From IMG/VR virus record IMGVR_UViG_3300027276_000193, positions 3,323-67,322 of that record: a stretch of DNA of 64,000 nt; one strand, 5' to 3'. Of the stretch, positions 8,443 to 16,811 are shown piece after piece. The notes under the pieces were generated by a model. It was not told the origin of the DNA. It ran no database searches and worked only from the letters and a program-made list of their open reading frames with translations. The translations under genes were made by a program, and so were the position numbers. How positions within the stretch are numbered: position 1 is the first letter of the stretch; every line of letters starts with the position of its first letter. The stretch is from a virus (taxonomy: Duplodnaviria > Caudoviricetes).

Positions 8443-10770
8443 ATGGCAATGGATAAGGACAGACTGCTTCAGTACTTCCAGCAGCATTACCTTTCCCGGC
8501 AGGAGGTGCTCTTCAAGCTCCCGCTGAATGTTTCCATCGATACCTTCTGGCCGGAGCTGCTGAACCGCAGAAAGGCGGGAGCGATCATTCTTCCGCTGTC
8601 CAACGCAGCCGGGATGCCGTACTGGTATGTGCTGACGGAGAAGATGATCGCAGCCAGCGAACGGCTCTGCGCGGAGGCAATGGAGCAGGAGGAGTGCTTT
8701 GATCCCTACAGAGCGCCGATGACCAGCGCAATGACGGAGGAAATGTTCTTCACCAGCTTTGTGGAGGGAGCACAAATCCCCCTGCAGGAGGCCATGGATT
8801 TCCTTCAGCGCGGGACGGAGCCGGAGAACATCCAGGAGCAGATGATCTGGAACAACCGTCACGCCTGGTCGGGCATGATCGGTTCCCTGTATCGCCCCCT
8901 GGACGAGGGCTTTGTCAAATCCCTTGCTTTCATGCTGACAGAGGAAATGGACAACTGCGCTGAGGATTACCGGCAGACAGACCAGCATCCCATTGCCGCC
9001 ATGAACAGCGAACCGTATGAGGTACCCTCGGCCTACAGCCTACCTGACCGGATGACGGAATACTATGCCTTCCTGCAGGCTGGGAATGTACATCCACTGA
9101 TCAAGGCCGCTGTCGGACAGGCCTATATTCTGGTGGCCCGGCCTTTCCCGGAGGGCAATGAACGATTGTCACGGATGATTTCGTCTGCTGTGCTCCTGCG
9201 AAGCGGCTACGATTTCTTCCGTGACATTTCCATTTCCAGTGTGATCGCAAAGGAGAATTACCGATACTACAAGTGCATGCAGGAAATCCTGCGCTCTGAA
9301 AACGGCGGAGACCTGACGTACTTCATGGAATACTACCTGGATCTGTTGGTCAGGGCGCTGGACAGCAAGAAGGAACGTGAACGTAGGCGTGTGCAGGAGA
9401 GCCTTGCCCGCGAAAGAGAGATGGCCCGCGAGCCGTTACGCGCACCCAGCGCACCTGCGTCCCAGGTGGAGGCAGTCTTCCCGGATGAGGAGGATGAGCC
9501 GCTTCCGGATGACAGCCAACGGACAGCCAAGCCCTGGCCGCTTCAATCGGCGGACAGCTTTATGGAGCAGGTGCGGAAGCTCAAGCATTCACCGAAATCC
9601 GTCCACCGGGAATATCCTGCCAAGGTACAGCGAATGCTGGATCAGGGCCTGATCCGTTTTTCCGTCAGTCAATGGAGCCAGGTACAGGGCATAGCGCGGA
9701 AGGATGCCGATTACGAATGCCGCGTCCTGTATCAGAAGGGACTGACGGATCGCCACACGGATGTGAGCCCCATGGAGTATTCCTTCCGGATCATAGGCGC
9801 ATCCAGTAAGCCTCCGGAGTCTGAAGAAAGTGAGGTGGAAGCCCAACAGAAGGAAGCCAATGAGAGCCCGCCTGCTATGACGGCGGCATTCGAGGAAAAG
9901 CTGAGAGCCTTTGAGCAAAGCAAATCCGACACGAAGCAGCGGACTGCGGTCATTGTTCGGGAGATGATCCGCAAGGGCATCACAACCTTTGCCCGCAGCG
10001 AGTGGGCAGGATACACAGGCCTGAGCCTCGAGCATGCAAAGGACTCCTGCGATGCCATGATTGCCTGCGGCATGATCGTAAACACAACGCCGCATGCTCG
10101 CCCTGCTTTGTATCAGTTCAACATCCATGGAGGCTTGATGCCCGGTCGCCCTACGCAGGCCCTGATCAATCAGCTGAAAGCAATGCGGCAGGATGAAACC
10201 AATCAGCGGGATTACCGGATCGGTACCTTCCTGCTTGAGATGATTGAACAGGGGCAGAACACCTTTACGGCATCAGACTGGGGAACACGATTTGATTTGA
10301 CCAAAACCCAATACGGCAATGACGTCCGGCGGGCTGTTAACCTGGGCCTCGTTACAAAGAAGGTGATATCAGAAGCAGGTAATGGGTCGCACTGCACCTA
10401 CCAGATCTGCAACAGGCCGCAGGAAAGCATCCGCAGCAACGACCTCACCGGGATGCAGAAGGAATACCTCAGCAGGCTCTATGAGGAATTCGCTGAGAAC
10501 GAATTCAGTGTAGAGGATATGGCCCGGTTGATGCAAACCGGCGGTGCGTCCGCCCAGTTCCATCTGAACAATTTTGCAGAGCGTGGAATCCTGAACATCC
10601 ACAGGCGACCGGGAAAAGCGCACCTGTACATCTTCGCGGTGACATCAGAGGATCATCCGGAGTGCTTTGCGCAGATCGCAGGCCCGATAGAGCCCTCTGA
10701 AGTGGAGAAGCAGAAAAGTGAAACGGCGATGGCGGTCGCCAGCACGGCTGACCTTACCGCTACCGCCTGA
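8443..10770 (+). CDS. Fic-domain protein with non-canonical motif and four C-terminal wHTH-like repeats
   Basis: HPLIKAAVGQAYILVARPFPEGNERLSR corresponds to the Fic signature HPFxDGNGRxxR; repeated F-x-x-S-x-W...L-x-x-x-G-L/I units downstream. Confidence 0.8.
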   Translation: MAMDKDRLLQYFQQHYLSRQEVLFKLPLNVSIDTFWPELLNRRKAGAIILPLSNAAGMPYWYVLTEKMIAASERLCAEAMEQEECFDPYRAPMTSAMTEEMFFTSFVEGAQIPLQEAMDFLQRGTEPENIQEQMIWNNRHAWSGMIGSLYRPLDEGFVKSLAFMLTEEMDNCAEDYRQTDQHPIAAMNSEPYEVPSAYSLPDRMTEYYAFLQAGNVHPLIKAAVGQAYILVARPFPEGNERLSRMISSAVLLRSGYDFFRDISISSVIAKENYRYYKCMQEILRSENGGDLTYFMEYYLDLLVRALDSKKERERRRVQESLAREREMAREPLRAPSAPASQVEAVFPDEEDEPLPDDSQRTAKPWPLQSADSFMEQVRKLKHSPKSVHREYPAKVQRMLDQGLIRFSVSQWSQVQGIARKDADYECRVLYQKGLTDRHTDVSPMEYSFRIIGASSKPPESEESEVEAQQKEANESPPAMTAAFEEKLRAFEQSKSDTKQRTAVIVREMIRKGITTFARSEWAGYTGLSLEHAKDSCDAMIACGMIVNTTPHARPALYQFNIHGGLMPGRPTQALINQLKAMRQDETNQRDYRIGTFLLEMIEQGQNTFTASDWGTRFDLTKTQYGNDVRRAVNLGLVTKKVISEAGNGSHCTYQICNRPQESIRSNDLTGMQKEYLSRLYEEFAENEFSVEDMARLMQTGGASAQFHLNNFAERGILNIHRRPGKAHLYIFAVTSEDHPECFAQIAGPIEPSEVEKQKSETAMAVASTADLTATA

Positions 10771-10907
10771 TTGGGCCGTGTTTGGTCGCTGTTGGCCCCA
10801 CGTGCCGCCTTTAGCCGACTGTCCGGAAAACGGTCGGCTGCTTTTTTGTGCGCCACAGCGGGCCGATTCTGTGGCTTTGCGGAAAGACACCCGCAGCAAG
10901 AATTCAC

Positions 10908-10938
10908 TTGCTATTTCAGGCGTTCAGAGTGATATATC
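10908..10938 (+). promoter_or_regulatory. Variant of shared promoter motif (TTGCTATT-N10-AGAGTGATATAT)
   Basis: Same spacing and AGAGTGA core as five TTGACTTT-N10-AGAGTGA copies elsewhere; about 30 bp upstream of the AcrVA2-like gene. Confidence 0.55.
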
Positions 10939-10970
10939 CTCACTGACCTTGGGCCGAAAGGAGGATTACA

Positions 10971-12026
10971 ATGGCCAGGAAGGAATTATCACCCTACGCG
11001 CCTGACGTATGGATCAGGCAGCTTAACAGGACGTATCCCAATCTCTGGACGGATCTGCGGAAGGTGTATGCCGAGCCGGAGAAAATCCTGAACAGCAAGT
11101 CAGGCGGCGTCAGCCTGATCAAGAATGTACCGGACTGGTGCATCATGCCGACGCTCTTTCCTTTTCTGCTGATCACCAACAGATACGGGGAATCCTACTA
11201 CCTCACGCACATGGATGAGATGATGACCATCGGCAGCATGTACGTATGGCGGGCCAGCAAAGGGATATACCGGTTTGCCCCGGAAATCTATGAGGCGCTG
11301 ATCAGTCAGCCCCTCACGGGCAACCTGCCTACGGACTGCCTGTACCATCTCCCGGAATGGGCGGTGTACATTGAAACGCCTGGGCTGTCCTACGAACGTC
11401 ATCCGATGAAGGGCTTCATCGCGCACTTGGATTACAACCTCTTCAGCCGAAACGTGGATCTCCAGTTTGCAATGTTCCTGGAGGGCTGCGATCAGCCGAA
11501 AATGGTCGCGCTGCCCTTTGGCGAAGGATCGTTGCTGGATGCCATGAACCGGGTGGATCAGGTGGACGATCTGTTCATGGGAAAGCGGGACAATCGTTAC
11601 ATTGGCAGTCGGGAGGAATACCGGAAGACCTTTTCCTCCATGCTGCAGCTGCTCCTCTACCTGTGCAGTGAGGAGCCGGATATGCCGCAGATCGAGCATC
11701 CGCAGAAACGGCGGACAATCAGCGGCGGGGTGAGAAGTCCCAAGGAACCTCAGGTGTGGGATGTCGGTGTCCGCGTCTCCAATGCCATCCGGAATTACAA
11801 AAATCATGAGCGCTCTGCTGAGAAGGAAACGGCTTCTGTGCAGGGCGCTCATTCCAGTCCACGGCCTCATGTGCGGGCAGCGCACTGGCATACCTTCTGG
11901 GTTGGCCCCAGGAGCGCAAAGTTTCCAGACAGGAAGCCCATCATCCGGTGGCTTCCACCCATTCCGATTGGGATGGATTGGAGGAGAGAGCTTCCCACCA
12001 ACATCCATATGGTTTTGGAAAGCTGA
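10971..12026 (+). CDS. acrVA2: AcrVA2/FinQ-family protein (anti-CRISPR homolog)
   Basis: Ordered motifs WRASKGIYRF, LPEWAVYIE, LLLYLCSEEPD, VWDVGVRV..AIRNY, RPHVRAAHWHTFWVG, IRWLPP match the AcrVA2 pattern as recalled (WRNTLGIYQL, LPDWCVYVD, LLWLCVAEPD, IYQIGERL, RPHIRRGHWHGYW, VRWQP). Confidence 0.8.
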   Translation: MARKELSPYAPDVWIRQLNRTYPNLWTDLRKVYAEPEKILNSKSGGVSLIKNVPDWCIMPTLFPFLLITNRYGESYYLTHMDEMMTIGSMYVWRASKGIYRFAPEIYEALISQPLTGNLPTDCLYHLPEWAVYIETPGLSYERHPMKGFIAHLDYNLFSRNVDLQFAMFLEGCDQPKMVALPFGEGSLLDAMNRVDQVDDLFMGKRDNRYIGSREEYRKTFSSMLQLLLYLCSEEPDMPQIEHPQKRRTISGGVRSPKEPQVWDVGVRVSNAIRNYKNHERSAEKETASVQGAHSSPRPHVRAAHWHTFWVGPRSAKFPDRKPIIRWLPPIPIGMDWRRELPTNIHMVLES

Positions 12027-12045
12027 TCCCGTAGTTAAAAAAAAA

Positions 12046-12087
12046 CAAGCCCGCAGTCCGGCTCGTAAGAACCAGACTGCGGGCTTG
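12046..12087. terminator. Bidirectional hairpin terminator between convergent acrVA2-like and hsp20 genes
   Basis: CAAGCCCGCAGTC...GACTGCGGGCTTG stem with A-tract on the left. Confidence 0.75.
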
Positions 12088-12097
12088 CAGTGTGTGT

Positions 12098-12550
12098 TTA
12101 TCCTTCAATCAAAATCTGTTTCTTTTCAGGAACCTTCGGGGCTTCCTTCTTAGGAATCATCAGGCTCAGTACACCATTCTCAAACTTGGCTTTTATGTCA
12201 TCTTCAGTAATGCTCTCACCCACATAGAAGCTGCGCTGCATGGTGCCGACGTAACGCTCCTGACGAAGCATCTTACCCTTGTTCTCCTTGTTCAAACTCT
12301 TCTCGGTGGAGATGGTCAGGTAACCGTTGTTCAGATCCAGTTTGATTTCATCCTTGTTGAAGCCAGGCAGATCCACATCCACCTCATAGCCTTCATCTGT
12401 TTCCTTCACATCGGTTTTCATCAGGCGGCTGGCATTCTTGCCGTAGAGCACATGCTCCGGACGCCCAAACCCACGGAAGAAGTCACGGTCAAAGTCATCA
12501 AAGACGTCAAACAGGTTTTCACCAAACACGGTAGGAAGATAAGTACTCAT
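12098..12550 (-). CDS. hsp20: Hsp20/alpha-crystallin small heat-shock protein
   Basis: MKTDVKETDEGYEVDVDLPGFNKDEIKL...RQERYVGTMQRSFYVG...AKFENGVLSLMIPK. Confidence 0.93.
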   Translation of the reverse strand: MSTYLPTVFGENLFDVFDDFDRDFFRGFGRPEHVLYGKNASRLMKTDVKETDEGYEVDVDLPGFNKDEIKLDLNNGYLTISTEKSLNKENKGKMLRQERYVGTMQRSFYVGESITEDDIKAKFENGVLSLMIPKKEAPKVPEKKQILIEG

Positions 12551-12681
12551 AATGCAAACCTCCAATTCATTGGCCTTGTACGCTTGGTTCATTGCCACGC
12601 TTGCAGGGTCGCATTAATTCCATCTTGTTCGGGCTCTCTTTCGATCCCCCTTCCTTGATGGTGTCTATATTATATATCTAA

Positions 12682-12698
12682 GGTCAAAGAAAGTCAAT
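12682..12698. promoter_or_regulatory. CtsR-like box overlapping the -35 of the hsp20 promoter
   Basis: GGTCAAA-GAA-AGTCAAT matches CtsR consensus RGTCAAA-NAN-RGTCAAA with 1 mismatch; TTGACT on minus strand at 12697-12692. Confidence 0.7.
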
Positions 12699-12826
12699 AA
12701 TTTTGAAAATTTTTTTCTACATATTTTTCTCGTTTTCCGTGCATTTCACGTAGTATTGACTCTGTTTTGAATTATTTCTGTGGATTTCATTGAAATACTT
12801 CGTTTTTCTTGCAAAGCACATCAACG

Positions 12827-12861
12827 AAAAAAGGGGAACCCACTAGAAAAGCAGGTTCCCC
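12827..12861 (-). terminator. Terminator after endolysin
   Basis: GGGGAACC...GGTTCCCC stem with T-tract on minus strand. Confidence 0.7.
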
Positions 12862-12867
12862 AAGAAT

Positions 12868-13971
12868 TTACTCACTGGTGATCTCGCTGTACTCCCCGGA
12901 AACCCATCCAACCTGGCTTCCGATCTTCACGGCCTGCCAGCCGTTGAAGGCGCTGGCCACGTACTCCAGCGTTGTGCCCGGCGCGACGGCGGTAATACGG
13001 CTATAGCTGGTGCCATTGCCCGTGCGGATGTTGACCTTCCCTCCGGAGGATTTGATCAGCACCCGGATGGTAGTCTGTCCGGCGACGGGCTGTTCCTGCT
13101 CCGGTTCGGGCTGCGTTTCCGTCATGGCCTGCTGCCCGGCATCGTCCTCCGCCACAGCGGCCATCAGGGCACCATGGGTCTGATCACCGTACTTGCCGTC
13201 CTGCTTGATTCCGGCCTTCTTCTGGAAAGCCCTCACGGCGGCTTCTGTCTTGCTGCCAAACTGACCGTCCACCTCAAGGGCGGCACCCAGCTGGTTCAGC
13301 AGTTCCTGCAGTGCTTTCACGTCCGTGCCGGAAGTGCCATTCTTCAGCAACCTGCTGCCCAGCGTGTACACGGTGACCGCCTCAACAGCGACCTGTGCGC
13401 CGCTGGTATCGCCGTAATCGATAAACGGCAGCTTGTACCAGTGTGTCCAGGGGCGCTTTTTCACCTGCGTCTTCACGCAGCCCCAGCTGAAGCCCTGCCA
13501 CTCCACAGCATATCCGTTGCCGATGTAGTATCCGGCATGACCGTCCTTGTACAGCGCCAGACCAGGGATCTCCGGCAGGGTGTCGATGGTGCCCCAGTCC
13601 ATGCCTTTCTTTTTTGCCCAGGAGAACATGCTGTTCGCGCCTTTGTCCGGACACCCGTTGGAGCCATATTTGCTGGTGATGGTTTTATCCGTCCCGATGG
13701 CTTCCAGTACCCCCTGACCGCCGTTTGTCCAGGCATAGCCCTTGCAGCCGCCAATGCAGTCAGACACGACAGCCTTGTTTGCAATGTCCTGCTTGTAACG
13801 GGACATGCGGCTGGAAGCATAAGAAGACGGATACTGGTTGCTCTTCCGGGACAGCAGACTGTTGGTGGCTTTGTAGACGCAGGTGCCGTACCAATAAGGC
13901 TGGCCGACCATCTTCTGGCACCAGTCGGCAAAGTGCTCATTGGTGAACGGCGTATTGATTCTTTCAGACAT
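12868..13971 (-). CDS. Endolysin: NlpC/P60-like catalytic domain + PG-binding_1 + SH3
   Basis: SDCIG...[10 protein letters not shown] catalytic Cys/His; [17 protein letters not shown]...[13 protein letters not shown]; [11 protein letters not shown]...GWVSGEY; directly after holin. Confidence 0.88.
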   Translation of the reverse strand: MSERINTPFTNEHFADWCQKMVGQPYWYGTCVYKATNSLLSRKSNQYPSSYASSRMSRYKQDIANKAVVSDCIGGCKGYAWTNGGQGVLEAIGTDKTITSKYGSNGCPDKGANSMFSWAKKKGMDWGTIDTLPEIPGLALYKDGHAGYYIGNGYAVEWQGFSWGCVKTQVKKRPWTHWYKLPFIDYGDTSGAQVAVEAVTVYTLGSRLLKNGTSGTDVKALQELLNQLGAALEVDGQFGSKTEAAVRAFQKKAGIKQDGKYGDQTHGALMAAVAEDDAGQQAMTETQPEPEQEQPVAGQTTIRVLIKSSGGKVNIRTGNGTSYSRITAVAPGTTLEYVASAFNGWQAVKIGSQVGWVSGEYSEITSE

Positions 13972-14004
13972 TTTCGTCACCTCCAAATGGGAAAAGGGCG
14001 GCGG

Positions 14005-14469
14005 TTATTCGCCGTCGCCCTGGTCGTCTTTGCCTTCCTTCTCATCCCGGTTGTGCAGCTGCTCCAGAACGGCCTTCAGCTTGTCCGGGATGGGCAGGCC
14101 GATGTAGGCCGCGTTCTCCAGCAGGCTGAGTCCCTCGTTGGAGAGGTAGAAGGCAATCACCGCACCACGAAGAGCACTGCCGGAGCCGATCACATGCAGA
14201 TCGACGATGTTCGCAATACCTACCATGAACAGGATGAGAACCTTCTTGCAAACACCCTTGAAACCCACGGCGCTGGACAGTTTCTTGTCCACGATGGCGC
14301 ACATGACGCCCGTGATGTAGTCCAGCGTCATAAAAATGAGCAGGGCGATCATCAGGCCGTCGATGCCTCCAAGGAAGTAACCCAGCCATCCGCCGATGGC
14401 CGTGATGGCGATCTGGATCTTTGCCCAGATCAGGTCGATAGAAAAGTTCCGCATTGTCGTTTCCTCCAA
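14005..14469 (-). CDS. Phage holin (holin 4-1 / toxin-secretion type)
   Basis: LDYITGVMCAI...LSSAVGFKGVCKKV...NEGLSLLENAAYIGLPIP. Confidence 0.92.
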   Translation of the reverse strand: MEETTMRNFSIDLIWAKIQIAITAIGGWLGYFLGGIDGLMIALLIFMTLDYITGVMCAIVDKKLSSAVGFKGVCKKVLILFMVGIANIVDLHVIGSGSALRGAVIAFYLSNEGLSLLENAAYIGLPIPDKLKAVLEQLHNRDEKEGKDDQGDGE

Positions 14470-14540
14470 TCATTTTGATATAGAAAAACCCGCCTCCGTG
14501 TTGGAAGCGGGCTGATCCCGGGAATGATATCTGTTCATAG

Positions 14541-16799
14541 TCATACACCGAAAGCAAACCAGTCAACGTTACGGCTTGTGCTGAAGTTGCCGCCGACTAC
14601 GATATAGCATCCGCTGGTCGTTTTGCTGTGCACCTTGATCGCACCGTTGTCGCCCGACCAGTTGCCCGACGTCGTAGAATAGGTCACCAGAACCACGGGA
14701 GTTGAGGTGAAGCCCGCAGACGAGTAATCCACATAGGTAGCGCTGGAACCGTTGATGGACGTGGAGCCATAGGCGTACTTGAACGGCAGTCTCGCCGCCG
14801 GAAGTGTGCCTGTGGTGATATTTGCCGCGTTGTTTGTGCCAAGGTTGCTCCGGGCGTTTGCAGCGGTGGTCGCACCCGTGCCGCCATTGGCCACGGGCAC
14901 ACCGGAAACCATGCCGGAATGGAACACACGGTAGTTGCCCCAGGTGCCCGCGTCACAGACCCGCAGGAGTACAGCCCAGTCTAAGCTGTTCTGATAAGCC
15001 TTCGTGCGGACTTCCAGCATTCGGCGATTGTTGCCCGTGCTGTCCTCCCAGGCAGCGAAGGAAGAAGCTCCTGCGTAGCTGCCCTCAAACACCGTCCGGT
15101 TGGTAGTATCATTGTAGGTCGGAAGCAGAAGCAGCGAGGGATAAAGATAGCCGGAAATGTTCAGGTTGCCTGTCATCGTGTCTCCGGTTTTCTTCACACC
15201 ACCCAGGTTGGCAATGGCGCTCGCCGCCGATGTGGCTCCCGTGCCGCCGTAGGCAACCGCCAACGCGGAACTCAGTTTCAGCGGCCAGCCACAGTCGATG
15301 TACCCTGAGGTCTCTGCCACCTTCCCGATGCCGATCCCGGTGCCGTCCGCCATGAAGTCCAGGATGACTCCCTTAGTGCCGATGCCGACGGCCTGCTCCA
15401 CGTAATAGAAATAGTCGGTCAGCCGCACCTTCAGGTCATAGCTGTACAGCGCGTCAAAGGTCTGGGAAAGGAGCTTGTTGGTGGCACTCAGCGTATAGCT
15501 GGTGATGGCCATCTGCTCTGCCGTCGTCCAGGCTGTGGCGCTCTTCAGCTTGTAATACACCACGCAGGAAAGACCGTTCTTGTTATTCAGAGCGGTGACC
15601 TTTCCTGCAAAGGAATACCGGGCCTTCGTGCCGTCCAGCTGAGCGGCAGACCCATCACTGTTGCAGCGTTCTGCGGAGAAGGCTGTGATGGAAGGCGGCG
15701 AATAGTCCAGCACATTGAAGGTGGTCGTGTATGTTGCTGTCCGGCCACGGCTGTCCGTAACCGTGACCGTCATCGTCATATCTCCAGCTACGGACAGCTT
15801 CTTGGTTGCTGTAAAGGATGCCGCCGTATAGTTCACGCCATCCAGCGATGTACGGTAGGAAGAGATCGTGCTTCCGTACACACCAGCCGCTGTGATGGCG
15901 ACGGATAATGTGCTCAGCCCCTTGACGAAGGCGGCGATCCTGGACACGACCGTTGTATTGGTATCCTCGACTGTGACCGAAGAAATGCTCGGCATAACCG
16001 TACTCGGCACATTCAGCGTCACCGTGCACGTTCGGGTACCTGTCAGCGTCCCGCCGTTATAGCTTTGACAGGTGATCGTACAGATGCCGCTGGTAGCGCT
16101 TGGGATCTGACTGGCCAGTGACAAAGGCGGCGTCCAGCTGACCGACGCGCCGACATTGCTGGCGATGGTGCCGCTAGTGCTGCCGAAACTGTAGAGCAAA
16201 GTGTGCGTTGTCGCGGTGCTCTGCCGGTTGGTGTAGATCGTCACGGCGCTGCCCAGGTTCACGGAGGAGGAAGACACAGTCGGCTGGGACACAGCTTCCT
16301 CATAGGTGATTGTGATGATCACACTTGACCACTGCAGGTAGTTGTAGGAATACCCCTGGGACGACGCGCTGGGATACGGGTTATAAATCGTAAAGCTGTT
16401 GTTGCCTGCAGCAATGTATGCCGCCATGGCATTGAACAGCGACCCGGTGATGTAATAGCTGGTGTAGTTCCCGTAGAAGGAACCGTCGAAGGTGCCAAGC
16501 TCATCTCCGGTGTACTGCCAACCCGCAATGCCGGATGCGATGCCATTCTGGTAGTTGGCTTTCCGCATGAAAACGGTCTTTGTGCTTCCCGCGCCATAGC
16601 CTGCTTTTGAAGCGTCAATATCCAGCCAGATACTGGTGATCACCTTGTTGGCAAGGTTCATGCCGACGAAGCTGATAATACCTACGTTGTTGTAGCTGGA
16701 ATCATAAAACTCCTGACTGGCATATCCGTTCTTGGCATTGGAGGATGAATTGTAGTGCCTCGTGCACAGGGACGCGCTGTAGGATACTGTGGATGCCAT
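14541..16799 (-). CDS. Minor tail/fibre protein (DUF859-like)
   Basis: Ser/Thr-rich Ig-like repeats (SWTPPLSLASQIPSATSG...), VAYGGTGAT/VANGGTGAT fibre motifs; position between Tal and holin. Confidence 0.75.
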   Translation of the reverse strand: MASTVSYSASLCTRHYNSSSNAKNGYASQEFYDSSYNNVGIISFVGMNLANKVITSIWLDIDASKAGYGAGSTKTVFMRKANYQNGIASGIAGWQYTGDELGTFDGSFYGNYTSYYITGSLFNAMAAYIAAGNNSFTIYNPYPSASSQGYSYNYLQWSSVIITITYEEAVSQPTVSSSSVNLGSAVTIYTNRQSTATTHTLLYSFGSTSGTIASNVGASVSWTPPLSLASQIPSATSGICTITCQSYNGGTLTGTRTCTVTLNVPSTVMPSISSVTVEDTNTTVVSRIAAFVKGLSTLSVAITAAGVYGSTISSYRTSLDGVNYTAASFTATKKLSVAGDMTMTVTVTDSRGRTATYTTTFNVLDYSPPSITAFSAERCNSDGSAAQLDGTKARYSFAGKVTALNNKNGLSCVVYYKLKSATAWTTAEQMAITSYTLSATNKLLSQTFDALYSYDLKVRLTDYFYYVEQAVGIGTKGVILDFMADGTGIGIGKVAETSGYIDCGWPLKLSSALAVAYGGTGATSAASAIANLGGVKKTGDTMTGNLNISGYLYPSLLLLPTYNDTTNRTVFEGSYAGASSFAAWEDSTGNNRRMLEVRTKAYQNSLDWAVLLRVCDAGTWGNYRVFHSGMVSGVPVANGGTGATTAANARSNLGTNNAANITTGTLPAARLPFKYAYGSTSINGSSATYVDYSSAGFTSTPVVLVTYSTTSGNWSGDNGAIKVHSKTTSGCYIVVGGNFSTSRNVDWFAFGV

Positions 16800-16811
16800 G
16801 GGATCACCTCA

